DNA of 17,488 bases, from positions 1 through 17,488 of the forward strand of contig JAVJWO010000201.1 in NCBI GenBank assembly GCA_040222015.1, read 5' to 3'. This stretch comes from Coleofasciculus chthonoplastes F2-STO-03 (GTDB lineage: Bacteria > Cyanobacteriota > Cyanobacteriia > Cyanobacteriales > Coleofasciculaceae). Shown piece after piece: positions 8,233 through 16,758 of this stretch (positions are counted from its first letter, which is position 1; each line of letters opens with the position of its first letter). Below the pieces are notes generated by a model. It did no database searches. It saw only the letters and a program-made list of their open reading frames with translations, and was not told the DNA's origin. A program made the position numbers and the translations under genes.

Positions 8233-9195
8233 CTAACCCCGCCAAACTTGTTTTAGTACATCATCAGGCTGAATATCGGCAATCCAACGAGTGGGTGATT
8301 GAATACCGATATAGCGTTCTGATGGGGGTAGGAATTTGTTCGCCTCTGTTGGACCAAATAGGGCAATTGTATACGTTCCCACAGCTACAGCCAGATGCAT
8401 TGAGGCACTATCCGTACATAACAGTAAATTCGATCCCGCAATCATCGCGGCTAACTTACCAATATCCGGGGGTGAGGTCATCTGTAAATTAGGACAGACT
8501 TGGGTGAGAGCCGCCACTAACTCCGTATCCTCCGAACCATGCAGCATAACCAAAGTCAGATCCGGCTGTTTTTGGTGGATGTCTTCAATAACCTCTTGCC
8601 ATTTATGGGCGGGATAAACTTTATCAATGTCCTGTGACTGATCCAGGTGGTTAGAGCCGCCGTCGATCATAATGTAACCGCTTTCCGGGATACCGAGGCG
8701 GGTTTGTTCCCCTTCAGCCCAATCCAGGTCGGATTTTGGCACACGAATGGCAAGTTCTGGACAGGGGATGTTAATCCCTAACCCGGTGAGCAGGTCATGA
8801 TACATATATGCCGCATACTGCTCTGTTTTGAGCGGTACAGTATTGGTGAAAAACCACTTACCCTGACTGTTGTCGTAGCCCACACGGATGGGAATCCCAC
8901 TCATCCAAAGCAATAGCCCCACTGACCACCGACGCTCTAGGACAAGTGCCGCATCGTATTCGCGATCGCGGATAATCCCCAACAGGTTACCAAAATCTGC
9001 TAAACCGTTGCGGTCTTTATAGTCAAAGGGTAATACTTCATGGACTGAACCGGAAACCCGATAGGCTATCTTGGCGCGGGGTTCCACAATCACATCGATT
9101 TCGGCGTCGGGGTAATTGGCTTTTAGGTCATCTAACGTCGGAAAGAGCAGCAGTTGATCGCTGATTCCTCCCGGAACAAGGGCTAATAGTCTCAT
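8233..9195 (-). CDS. Glycosyltransferase family 9 (heptosyltransferase-like) protein
   Basis: 320 aa. N-terminal GGISDQLLLFPTLDDLKANYPDAEIDV and C-terminal LAAMIAGSNLLLCTDSASMHLAVAVGTYTIALFGPT are typical GT9 motifs. Confidence 0.9.
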   Translation of the reverse strand: MRLLALVPGGISDQLLLFPTLDDLKANYPDAEIDVIVEPRAKIAYRVSGSVHEVLPFDYKDRNGLADFGNLLGIIRDREYDAALVLERRWSVGLLLWMSGIPIRVGYDNSQGKWFFTNTVPLKTEQYAAYMYHDLLTGLGINIPCPELAIRVPKSDLDWAEGEQTRLGIPESGYIMIDGGSNHLDQSQDIDKVYPAHKWQEVIEDIHQKQPDLTLVMLHGSEDTELVAALTQVCPNLQMTSPPDIGKLAAMIAGSNLLLCTDSASMHLAVAVGTYTIALFGPTEANKFLPPSERYIGIQSPTRWIADIQPDDVLKQVWRG

Positions 9196-9460
9196 CTGAA
9201 TCTGAATATAATTTAGAGCTTGTATATCAGCTCAATTTTAATGGACTGGTCGTTCCTAATTTCAGGGAATTTTCCAGAAATTAGTTTGTCCGGCTCACCG
9301 TGACAGGGTGAACTCCTACACCCCTGCTCCCATTGCCATTTGGCTTATGGGATTACGTTACGCATGATATTATACCTAGTGGTTTCATCAGATGAACCAG
9401 TAGTAGCATATTAGATTAGATTGGTCGGGACTAGAGAGTTGGCATCAAAGGCGGAAGCTC

Positions 9461-10159
9461 GTGCATTTATTAATTCCAGCAGCGGGAATGGGACGACGGA
9501 TGGGGAGCGATCGCAACAAGCTATTGCTCACCTTACTGGGTAAACCCTTATTAGCATGGACGCTACTGGCGGCGGAAGCGGCGACGGAAGTTACCCAAAT
9601 TGGCATTATTGGACAGCCTGGGGATCAAACGGATATTCAGGCAATTCTGGCGGATCTCGCCCTGACTAAAGCCGTACAGCTTATTCCTGGGGGATCAACT
9701 CGCCAAGAATCCGTGTATAACGGCTTGCAGGCTTTACCCCCAACGGCTGAACGGGTACTGATTCACGATGGTGCGAGATGTTTAGCCACATCCCAATTAT
9801 TTGATCGCTGTGCAGAACACCTCAGAGATTGTCCGGGTTTGATTGCCGCGATCCCGGTTAAGGATACGATTAAAGTTGTCGATGATTCGGATATTATCCA
9901 AGATACACCCGACAGGCGACGGTTATGGGCAGCCCAGACGCCCCAAGGATTCGACCTGTCGCTGCTGAAGCAATGTCATGACCAAGGACGGAAATTACAT
10001 TGGGACGTTACCGATGATGCGGCATTATTTGAGCGCTGTGGGCTACCTGTACAGATTGTGGCAGGGGAAGAGACCAATCTCAAGGTAACCACACCCATGG
10101 ATTTAGCGATCGCGGAGTTTATTCTGCGTCAGCGACTTGCAGCCAGTCATCAGTCATAA
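9461..10159 (+). CDS. ispD: 2-C-methyl-D-erythritol 4-phosphate cytidylyltransferase
   Basis: 232 aa, GTG start. Motifs PAAGMGRRMG, GGSTRQESVYNGL, VLIHDGARC, AQTPQGF, TDDAALFE and NLKVTTPMDL. Confidence 0.97.
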   Translation: MHLLIPAAGMGRRMGSDRNKLLLTLLGKPLLAWTLLAAEAATEVTQIGIIGQPGDQTDIQAILADLALTKAVQLIPGGSTRQESVYNGLQALPPTAERVLIHDGARCLATSQLFDRCAEHLRDCPGLIAAIPVKDTIKVVDDSDIIQDTPDRRRLWAAQTPQGFDLSLLKQCHDQGRKLHWDVTDDAALFERCGLPVQIVAGEETNLKVTTPMDLAIAEFILRQRLAASHQS

Positions 10160-10182
10160 GGATCGTCATTTGCTCTATGTTA

Positions 10183-10288
10183 TATAGCAATAGACACATC
10201 GATTAGGACGTTCGGCACCATTGTAGAGACGCGCCATGGCGCGTCTCTACATAAATGATGTGTCCTAACAGCCATGGCGGTTGCTATA
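10183..10288. mobile_element. MITE-like element with bipartite TIRs (TATAGCAA...TTAGGAC / GTCCTAA...TTGCTATA) enclosing a perfect 30-bp REP-like palindrome
   Basis: TATAGCAA 10183-10190 pairs with TTGCTATA 10281-10288. TTAGGAC 10203-10209 pairs with GTCCTAA 10262-10268, each 20 bp in from its end. TGTAGAGACGCGCCATGGCGCGTCTCTACA at 10222-10251. Confidence 0.78.
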
Positions 10289-10353
10289 CTCGCTCCCTTG
10301 AGAAGAAAGCTACGTCATTTGTCAGGGTTTAAAGACTATTTACAGAACTTAAT
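10287..10353. repeat. Small dispersed repeat TACTCGC...AGCTACGTC plus tail, copy 2
   Basis: Aligns with 6518-6581; followed internally by the STRR2 unit ATTTGTCA. Confidence 0.75.
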
Positions 10354-10455
10354 AGTGTTAGGCGAATTTCCACAAACCGACTAAAGTCAATTGTCGGAGC
10401 GGGTTTAACCAATAACCGTTTACCAATTTTATTTTATCACCAAGGATGAACTGAG

Positions 10456-11340
10456 ATGAAACTTCCCACTTTTCTGATTATCGGTGTTCAAAAAGCAGGG
10501 ACAACCTCGATTTATAACTATTTAAAACAACATCCACAAATTTACATGAGTCCCGTTAAAGAAACAAACTTTTTAGAAAAGAACTGGGAAGAAATCGAAA
10601 CTAAACGAAAAGCCAAGATTGACACCTTTGAAAAATATTGTCAGCTTTTTGAAGGAGTAACAGATGAAATTGCGATTGGAGAAGCCTCACCTAATTATCT
10701 ATTTCATTATCAGTCATCCTCAGAGCGGATCAAGCGCTATGTTCCTAATGCCAAGTTGATAGCCGTCTTGCGAAATCCAGTTGACCGAGCCTATTCGGAT
10801 TACTTAATGCATATCCGAGATGCCATTGACAAAGGAAGGCGAAACAGCTTGTCTGACCAAATAAAATACCGGGCTGATAAATCTTTTATTTTGCTGAAGG
10901 GATTTTATTATCAGCATTTACAGCATTTTTATAACGAATTTGACCGAGAGCAAATCCGAGTTTATTTGTATGATGATTTGTCTAAAGACCCAGTTAACTT
11001 CATGCAATCTATGTATCAGTTTGTTGGTGTCGATGATACCTTTTCGCCGGATGTCTCTAAAAAATCTCAAGTTGCTCAAGTCCCCAAAAATACGGCAGTG
11101 AATCAGATGTTACGCAAAGAAAATCCCTTGAGAACGATAGTCAGGTCGGGACTCCGAGTTATTTTACCCCTGGAAATGAGACAAAGTATCCGTTCTCGCC
11201 TCATCCAAATGAACTCTCAAGATAAGAAAGCGGCTCCACTTTCGCCAGAGGAACGCCAGCAACTGATCGAACTCTATCGAGAGGATATTCTCAAGTTACA
11301 AGATTTAATTCAACGAGACCTTTCGTCTTGGTTAAAGTAG
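10456..11340 (+). CDS. PAPS-dependent sulfotransferase
   Basis: 294 aa. 5'-PSB loop FLIIGVQKAGTTS, GEASPNY, and 3'-PB motif LRNPVDRAYS; AAGGA RBS upstream. Substrate unknown. Confidence 0.92.
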   Translation: MKLPTFLIIGVQKAGTTSIYNYLKQHPQIYMSPVKETNFLEKNWEEIETKRKAKIDTFEKYCQLFEGVTDEIAIGEASPNYLFHYQSSSERIKRYVPNAKLIAVLRNPVDRAYSDYLMHIRDAIDKGRRNSLSDQIKYRADKSFILLKGFYYQHLQHFYNEFDREQIRVYLYDDLSKDPVNFMQSMYQFVGVDDTFSPDVSKKSQVAQVPKNTAVNQMLRKENPLRTIVRSGLRVILPLEMRQSIRSRLIQMNSQDKKAAPLSPEERQQLIELYREDILKLQDLIQRDLSSWLK

Positions 11341-11400
11341 TCATTGGTCATTGGTCATTGGTCATACTCGCGCTCAACGAGCAAGCAAGCTACGTCATTT
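11340..11400. repeat. STRR2 array (TTGGTCA) interrupted by small dispersed repeat copy 3
   Basis: GTCA-TTGGTCA x3 (11340-11364), then TACTCGCGCTCAACGAGCAAGCAAGCTAC (11365-11393), then GTCATTT resumes. Confidence 0.82.
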
Positions 11401-11401
11401 G

Positions 11402-11467
11402 GTCGGGGCGGGTTTTGCAGCCAAGCTAGGGATAACAATCAATATTAGTCCCTAAACCCGCCCCTAC
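11402..11467. repeat. GTAGGGGCGGGTTT-type REP-like inverted repeat between convergent genes; possible bidirectional terminator
   Basis: GTCGGGGCGGGTTT (11402-11415) pairs with AAACCCGCCCCTAC (11454-11467); a degenerate half copy GTCGGAGCGGGTTT lies at 10393-10406. Confidence 0.75.
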
Positions 11468-11535
11468 AGACAGATGCTTCTGTCATCACCTCTGGAACAT
11501 TGCTCTCCCCCAACACTTATTCAGCAACCCCTCGA

Positions 11536-13479
11536 TTAAGCGGATATCGCCATCTCTTGTTCGGTTTGAATCGGTAGCGTAATTGCAAATTCGGTTCCTT
11601 TCCCTGGTTCAGAGGTGACTTCAATTTTACCCTGGTGTTTTTTCACAATCTGGTAACAAATGGCTAATCCCATTCCTGTGCCTTTGCCTACAGATTTGGT
11701 GGTGAAAAAGGGATCGAATATCCGGTCTTTAACTTCTGCTGGAATCGCTGCACCATTGTTCCAAACTGACAAGCGAATCCAACGATTATCGATGGTTTCA
11801 CTACGAATGACGATTGTCGGTATAGCTTTACCCTGAACCTCTTCTAAGGCGTCAATAGCATTGCTGATAATGTTGATAAACACCTGATTGAGTTGAGCCG
11901 GATAACAATCAATTCGCGGTAATTGATTGTACTTTTTGACCAGGTTAATGTTTGGCTGGAGGCGATGAGCGACAAGCAAGAGGGTATTCTCAAGTCCTTC
12001 ATGGATATCTGCCCGTTTTAACTGCGCTTCATCCAGACGACAGAAGTTCCGCAATGATAAAACAACTTCCTGGATTCGTTCAGCCCCACTTTTTAAGGAC
12101 GACAGCATTTTCGGCATATCGGCGATGAGGAAATCTAAATCCATCGCTTCGCTTTGTTCTTGAATCGCGGCGTTAGGCTGAGGATACTCTTGCCGATACA
12201 GTTCTAGCAAGATCAGTAAGTCGTTAATCGATCGCTTAGCATAATCTAGATTACCGTAAATAAAGTTAATTGGATTATTAATTTCATGGGCAATCCCCGC
12301 TACCATCTGTCCTAAACTGGACATTTTTTCCCGTTGAATCAGTTGGGCTTGGGTTTGTTGGAGTTCTCGCAGCGCTTGCGTCAATTCTTGCGTTCGTTCA
12401 TCGACGCGCTGTTCTAAGGTTTGACGCGCTTGTGTCAATTCTTGGGTTGAGTCGTCTACCCACTGAACAAGCTGATTGAGAGATGTGGCTAATGAACCGA
12501 CTTCATCGTTGGTGGTGACGGGAGTGCGAATCTCCAGATTGGATTCTTTGACGATCGCACTAGCAACGTGAGTTACTGTTTCGATAGGATGCGCGATCGC
12601 ACGGCTAGTAATGGTGGCTAAGAGTACGGCGATACCTACCGATAGCAGCAAACTGCTAACCATGATTCGCAGGCGTAAGGCTTCTGCTTGTGCTAGTTGT
12701 TGATGTACCTGAGACTGTTGCGCTTCTGCGTCAGTTTTGGCATCCTTGACGTGCTGAGATAACTGATTGAATTGAGCCATCACTTGGCTAGTAGAGGGGT
12801 GATGCAGTGCCTTTAAGAGTTCTTGTTGTATCGCAGAAACCTGCTCTGGCTTCAGGTTATCCGATTCACGGATTTGCCAGAGTGATTCAATCACCTGATT
12901 GTAGGCGTCTATATTCGCTTCATACTCCTGAAGCAGATGATGTAATTCAGCCGTGTTCATGTCCAAGTCATCGGGATACTCTTGGATGAAGATGTCTAAC
13001 TCCGAGAGTAGGCGTTTCATCCGATCCACATCGGCTAAATACTGATTCTTTTGGGCGTCAATCTGGCTAGGGTTCACCGAGGCTGTGAGTAGTTCTTGCG
13101 GATGCGATCGCACAGCCAAGGTGACATTTTCCAAGTTGCTGAGGAGATGGTGCTGCTGATCGGCAACTCGTTCTTGTTGTTGGGCTTGGTCTTGGTAATA
13201 ATTACCTAGAATTAATCCTCCGGTTGTTCCCAGAATAGATATGCTGATCGCCAAGGCGTAGCCGTAACCAATTTTCTGAGATATGCTGAGGTTGCGGATG
13301 CCTTCTTTGATCCAGGTGAAATGGAAAATTCCGGATAAATTCTTATTCAAATTTAATGGGTTTTGCTGACCCATTAAGGAATTTTGGGGAGAGACTGGGG
13401 GGTATCGGGAATTGGAAAAAAGCATAAGATAAGCCAAAAAGTGAGATAGATTGTCAGGTTTCCAGGGGAAGTGATGCAT
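11536..13479 (-). CDS. Membrane-bound sensor histidine kinase (2 TM, extracytoplasmic helical sensor, HAMP, HisKA, HATPase_c)
   Basis: TM segments GYGYALAISISILGTTGGLIL and IMVSSLLLSVGIAVLLATI; HAMP DEVGSLATSLNQL; H-box AGIAHEINNPINF; N-box QLNQVFINIISNAIDAL; F/G2 FDPFFTTKSVGKGTGMGL. The true start may be the internal ATG at 13374. Confidence 0.92.
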   Translation of the reverse strand: MHHFPWKPDNLSHFLAYLMLFSNSRYPPVSPQNSLMGQQNPLNLNKNLSGIFHFTWIKEGIRNLSISQKIGYGYALAISISILGTTGGLILGNYYQDQAQQQERVADQQHHLLSNLENVTLAVRSHPQELLTASVNPSQIDAQKNQYLADVDRMKRLLSELDIFIQEYPDDLDMNTAELHHLLQEYEANIDAYNQVIESLWQIRESDNLKPEQVSAIQQELLKALHHPSTSQVMAQFNQLSQHVKDAKTDAEAQQSQVHQQLAQAEALRLRIMVSSLLLSVGIAVLLATITSRAIAHPIETVTHVASAIVKESNLEIRTPVTTNDEVGSLATSLNQLVQWVDDSTQELTQARQTLEQRVDERTQELTQALRELQQTQAQLIQREKMSSLGQMVAGIAHEINNPINFIYGNLDYAKRSINDLLILLELYRQEYPQPNAAIQEQSEAMDLDFLIADMPKMLSSLKSGAERIQEVVLSLRNFCRLDEAQLKRADIHEGLENTLLLVAHRLQPNINLVKKYNQLPRIDCYPAQLNQVFINIISNAIDALEEVQGKAIPTIVIRSETIDNRWIRLSVWNNGAAIPAEVKDRIFDPFFTTKSVGKGTGMGLAICYQIVKKHQGKIEVTSEPGKGTEFAITLPIQTEQEMAISA

Positions 13480-13919
13480 GATTAGCGAGAAATGATTTAG
13501 TTACCCAATTAGTATCATTGTTGACAAAAATAGTTTGAGCTGGCGACAATTAGTAGAGAGAACGTTTCATTTTGCCTGATTTCATCGAGACACATTACCT
13601 TTTTACACCCTCTATCTATTAATTTTAGGAATAAAATGATGAAATTTCTAACAAGTTTTCATTTAGAATTGACTAAACAAATAAAGTTAGAGTAAAGATT
13701 AAAGCACAAAAGCAAGAAAAAGGAATTCCGCTCCAGGGTTATCAATGGATGAAATCGGCTACCAGCAAGAATTAGAGAGACAATGACAGAGTCGTAGCGG
13801 TCTGCCCAAATCATAAAGTAATGTGAAGATATTTCATAAAATCAATCAATTAATTAAAAAATATTAAAAACGTCCGGATCAGACTGGAAGTAAGCCCAGA
13901 CATTTGTTCGTTCAAGACT

Positions 13920-13985
13920 GTAGGGTGGGCAATGCCCACCTTGCCCTCATCAATAGGATTTGCATCCTCAAATTGCGTAAGTTCT
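13920..13985. repeat. GTAG REP-like palindrome plus a solo right TIR of the AGGACTTACGCA family
   Basis: GTAG-GGTGGGCA-A-TGCCCACC (13920-13940); TGCGTAAGTTCT (about 13974-13985). No matching left TIR seen. Confidence 0.65.
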
Positions 13986-14197
13986 ATCTTTTTGATGTGC
14001 AAGTAAGGAAGCACATTAGTTTTGTGATTTGGATCATCCCAATTCGCCAAAATGATTGGTGATGCGAACATTTAAGCACAGGAATCGATATGAATTTATA
14101 CCTAGAAAGGATAGAGAGAATTAGTTAACCGCCGAAGTCAAATTGTAGTGGCTCGGCATACCTAATTTGATGGATTAGCCGCACGTTTTTGTTGTTT

Positions 14198-14300
14198 CCC
14201 CCTCATCCCCTAACCCCAACTCCGGACCCCCCTCGTTCCCCCCTACAAGAGGGGGGATGACAAAGGATGCTTCGCTTTTGTTGCACGGGAGAAGGGGAAC
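14198..14300. repeat. CCCTCAxCCCC...GGGAGAAGGGG palindromic repeat interrupted by a second C/G-rich hairpin element
   Basis: Outer CCCCTCATCCCCTAACCCCAACTCC ... CACGGGAGAAGGGG resembles the reverse complement of 17362-17400. The inner ~60 bp (14224-14283) contains TCCCCCCT-ACAAG-AGGGGGGA. Confidence 0.65.
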
Positions 14301-14329
14301 CATCACCTCACCACTCCCAACAGCAGCCC

Positions 14330-16663
14330 CTATTTAACCGCCGACGTGTCCGCTATACCCAGCAAAGGTTCTAGCAGCTTGCGTTCTTCAATGGGTAGGC
14401 TAAACAAAATACGCTTATTGCCTTTTGTTTCCTTATAGCGAACAGCAGTATCGAGAAGACGGAGAGGGATTTGAAATTCAGGATAATCACTCGCCAATTC
14501 TCGCCACACCTCCAGCCAAGTTTGTGCGGCTTTGTCACTAACCATTTCTGACATTAGTGTGGGAACGCTTTTCACAAGCCCCTGTCCTAATGTAGAAATA
14601 ACCTGGTGTTTGTGGTAAAGTTCGATTAGGGCTTTGATGCGCGATCGCCATATCTCCACATTGTTACTGCTGTTGAACAAGATGTGCGTAATTAACTTGG
14701 CATCATCTGCATCAGCTTCATAGTCAAGGATAAAAAGTTGGAATGCGTTCTCTAGTGCAACAATTCCTTCATCCCAGCGATTTAATCCCAAAATGGCAAT
14801 AGCACCGGTAAAGAAGACAGAGGAGTCTTGATACCCCAGTTCAATGGCTTTGTAACAGGATACCAAGTCTTCCTCGTAGCGTTCGAGTTTCTCTAGCACC
14901 AAACCTCGGTTTAACCAAATTGGTGCAGAATTAGGGTCAAGCTCAATTGCTTTTTCGTAGGAGACCAAGGCTTCCTCGTAACGTTCGAGTTTCTGTAGCA
15001 CCAAACCTCGTTGTCTCCAAGCTTCTGCATAACTAGGGTCAAGCTCAATGGCTTTGTCATAGGACACTAAGGCTTCCTCGTAGCGTTCGAGATCGTCTAG
15101 TACCAAACCTCGTAGTACCCAAGCTAGTGCATAATTAGGGTCAAGCTCAATGGCTTTGTCACAGGATACCAAGGCTTCCTCATAGCGTTGAAGATTGCTC
15201 AAGCATAATCCCCGTTTCAACCAATCCTCGGCTTGACCGCGAATTGTCACCAGTTTCTCGGCTAGTTCTAAAGCAGTAACATAATCTTTCTTCTCAAAAC
15301 AATTCTCATACTCTTGCAAACACGCGGCGATACGAGGATCTTCATCTTCATTGTCCATCGCTTGAAGTGCATACAGAATATATTCTCGTTCTAGAACAGC
15401 ATCAGAGGGGAGTGGTTTTAAGCGTTGCTGATACTGGAGATTATCATCTGTTAATCCTAATCGCTGTAATAACTCTTCCTTCGTATACCAAATCCGTAAA
15501 AAATCGACAAATAACTGTATCGGTTCCCCCCGTTGCTTCTTCACCTCCAGACAAAATCGCATCAACGGTTCCCGCATCTCATAAAAAGACTCCCGCCCGA
15601 TCGCGTCAGATATAACATACCCTTTCTCCCGCAAATCCTTAAGCTGACTGGATGTGGTTTGATGCGTCAGGAAACAGCGCTGGGCAATTTCTTTGACTGG
15701 AACCCCATGGCGGCGATCACATAAAAATTCCACTATCTTCCGTTGCTGCGGTGAAAGAGACGCCATCCGCGCCTGATAATAGGGGGTCAAATCATCCAGC
15801 ATCCGCATAAACGGTTCCACTAATTCATCCAAAGACTGGCGAGTGAGGAACTCTGAGAAAATCACATAAACCCGGTGATTTCCCCCAGCCAGATGATGAA
15901 CCGCCTGAATGCGATCGCGTCCCCTTGACTGTCGGATAAACGACTCTAATTCGCGATCGCCCCTAACTCTGGCAATATTGGCTAATAACTGTATCGCTTC
16001 CTCAACGGTTAAATCTTCTAAGTGATCAATGTGGAAAAACCCATAAAACAGCGATTTATCTTTTTTTACTTCATCGAATAAACTCTGGGACGTTGCCAAA
16101 ATCGTACAGCAAGGATTCTCTTGCAAAAAAGCATGGAGTTGTTTTTGTCCTTTTTTACCCAACCCAGAAAAGATATCATCCAGGTTTTCTATAAGTAGGA
16201 GTAAGCTATTCTCTCCGATGATTTCCTTTAATAATTCTGTCCCAACCTGTTCCGCCTCATCCGGCGACAACTCATAAAGGGATTCAACCCGCTTAATTAA
16301 GCCTTCTCGTCCTTCCTTTACCTGGATTTTGGCAAAATCTCCATCATTTTCCTGAAGCGCCCGAAATATCCGCAACAGCAAATCCAGAAAGGAGGTAACG
16401 CCCCATTCTTCCTCTCGTAACCAGGCGATTAACAGGCGATTTTGCAACGCTTCCCGCTTGCGAATCCGGTGATACACCAACGAGACTAAATGGGTTTTGC
16501 CAATACCCCGTGGTCCAATCAGCAACGTGTGATGCGGCGACGGCGTAAGCACACTATCGCTAATGCGTTCCACAATATCCTCGGCTAACTGATGACGCTG
16601 CACAAAGATGGCTTCTAAATCTTCATGCTGCATCAAACTAGGAGTAAAACGAGATACTTTCAT
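14330..16663 (-). CDS. P-loop ATPase (AAA/STAND-like) - winged HTH - TPR repeat protein
   Basis: 777 aa from the ATG at 16663, preceded by GAGGGGG; the ORF-track extension to 16720 runs through a repeat. Walker A GPRGIGKT, Walker B LLLIENLDD, AGGNHR motif, wHTH LSPQQRKIVEFL...VKEIAQRCFLTHQTTSSQLKDLREKGYV, and four or more 34-aa TPRs (RYEEALVSYDKAIELDP). Confidence 0.88.
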   Translation of the reverse strand: MKVSRFTPSLMQHEDLEAIFVQRHQLAEDIVERISDSVLTPSPHHTLLIGPRGIGKTHLVSLVYHRIRKREALQNRLLIAWLREEEWGVTSFLDLLLRIFRALQENDGDFAKIQVKEGREGLIKRVESLYELSPDEAEQVGTELLKEIIGENSLLLLIENLDDIFSGLGKKGQKQLHAFLQENPCCTILATSQSLFDEVKKDKSLFYGFFHIDHLEDLTVEEAIQLLANIARVRGDRELESFIRQSRGRDRIQAVHHLAGGNHRVYVIFSEFLTRQSLDELVEPFMRMLDDLTPYYQARMASLSPQQRKIVEFLCDRRHGVPVKEIAQRCFLTHQTTSSQLKDLREKGYVISDAIGRESFYEMREPLMRFCLEVKKQRGEPIQLFVDFLRIWYTKEELLQRLGLTDDNLQYQQRLKPLPSDAVLEREYILYALQAMDNEDEDPRIAACLQEYENCFEKKDYVTALELAEKLVTIRGQAEDWLKRGLCLSNLQRYEEALVSCDKAIELDPNYALAWVLRGLVLDDLERYEEALVSYDKAIELDPSYAEAWRQRGLVLQKLERYEEALVSYEKAIELDPNSAPIWLNRGLVLEKLERYEEDLVSCYKAIELGYQDSSVFFTGAIAILGLNRWDEGIVALENAFQLFILDYEADADDAKLITHILFNSSNNVEIWRSRIKALIELYHKHQVISTLGQGLVKSVPTLMSEMVSDKAAQTWLEVWRELASDYPEFQIPLRLLDTAVRYKETKGNKRILFSLPIEERKLLEPLLGIADTSAVK
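14835..15230 (-). repeat. Intragenic 102-bp TPR-encoding tandem repeats (about 4 units)
   Basis: GGGTCAAGCTCAAT recurs at 14934, 15036 and 15138 (period 102), with a diverged fourth unit near 14835. Confidence 0.88.
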
Positions 16664-16758
16664 ATTACTAACCCCCTCGATAACCACCTCAATAGGGCGG
16701 TTGAAACCGCAACTACACAAACGAAACCCGCCTTCGCGGGTTCAAGATCTGAGTTCAT
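16660..16758 (-). CDS. Unannotated 32-aa upstream ORF (MNSDLEPAKAGFVCVVAVSTALLRWLSRGLVI), translationally coupled to the ATPase-wHTH-TPR gene; leader peptide or collapsed gene remnant
   Basis: TAAGGAGGAG RBS (16765-16774, minus strand) 6 nt before the ATG at 16758; 99-nt open frame; its TGA overlaps the downstream ATG (ATGA, 16660-16663). Its middle consists of a dispersed two-hairpin repeat. Confidence 0.5.
   Translation of the reverse strand: MNSDLEPAKAGFVCVVAVSTALLRWLSRGLVI
16697..16742. repeat. Two-hairpin small dispersed repeat
   Basis: GCGGTT-GA-AACCGC (16697-16710) and AACCCGC-CTTC-GCGGGTT (16725-16742) joined by AACTACACAAACGA. I recall this pattern as a common cyanobacterial intergenic repeat; only one copy is in this window. 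Confidence 0.65.

Larger units (their letters stand above)
2083..15960. other. HIP1 octamer GCGATCGC dispersed through the window (at least 12 copies)
   Basis: Seen at 2083, 5341, 5461, 7639, 8962, 9507, 10106, 12593, 13104, 14641, 15911 and 15953; far above the chance expectation of under one copy per window. Confidence 0.9.

Noticed and set aside
8034..8617. Plus-strand ORFs 8034-8492 and 8336-8617
   Set aside because: They cross REP elements and/or lie antisense to the GT9 gene.
12807..12989. 60-aa plus-strand ORF
   Set aside because: Antisense shadow of the histidine kinase.
13512..13525. NtcA-like site GTA-N8-GAC upstream of the kinase
   Set aside because: One mismatch to GTA-N8-TAC in AT-rich DNA with no convincing correctly spaced -10; likely chance.
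13850..14071. 73-aa minus-strand ORF
   Set aside because: Reads through a REP and a TIR (VGIAHPT is the translated palindrome); no clear RBS or domain.
14835..15230. Diversity-generating retroelement template/variable repeat pair
   Set aside because: No reverse transcriptase in the window; the repeats are in-frame tandem TPRs and the differences are not adenine-specific.
15367..15724. Plus-strand ORFs 15367-15615 and 15533-15724
   Set aside because: Antisense shadows of the ATPase-TPR gene.
16664..16720. N-terminal extension of the ATPase ORF (MCSCGFNRP...)
   Set aside because: Begins at a TTG inside a repeat; the ATG at 16663 has an RBS and an ATGA coupling overlap.
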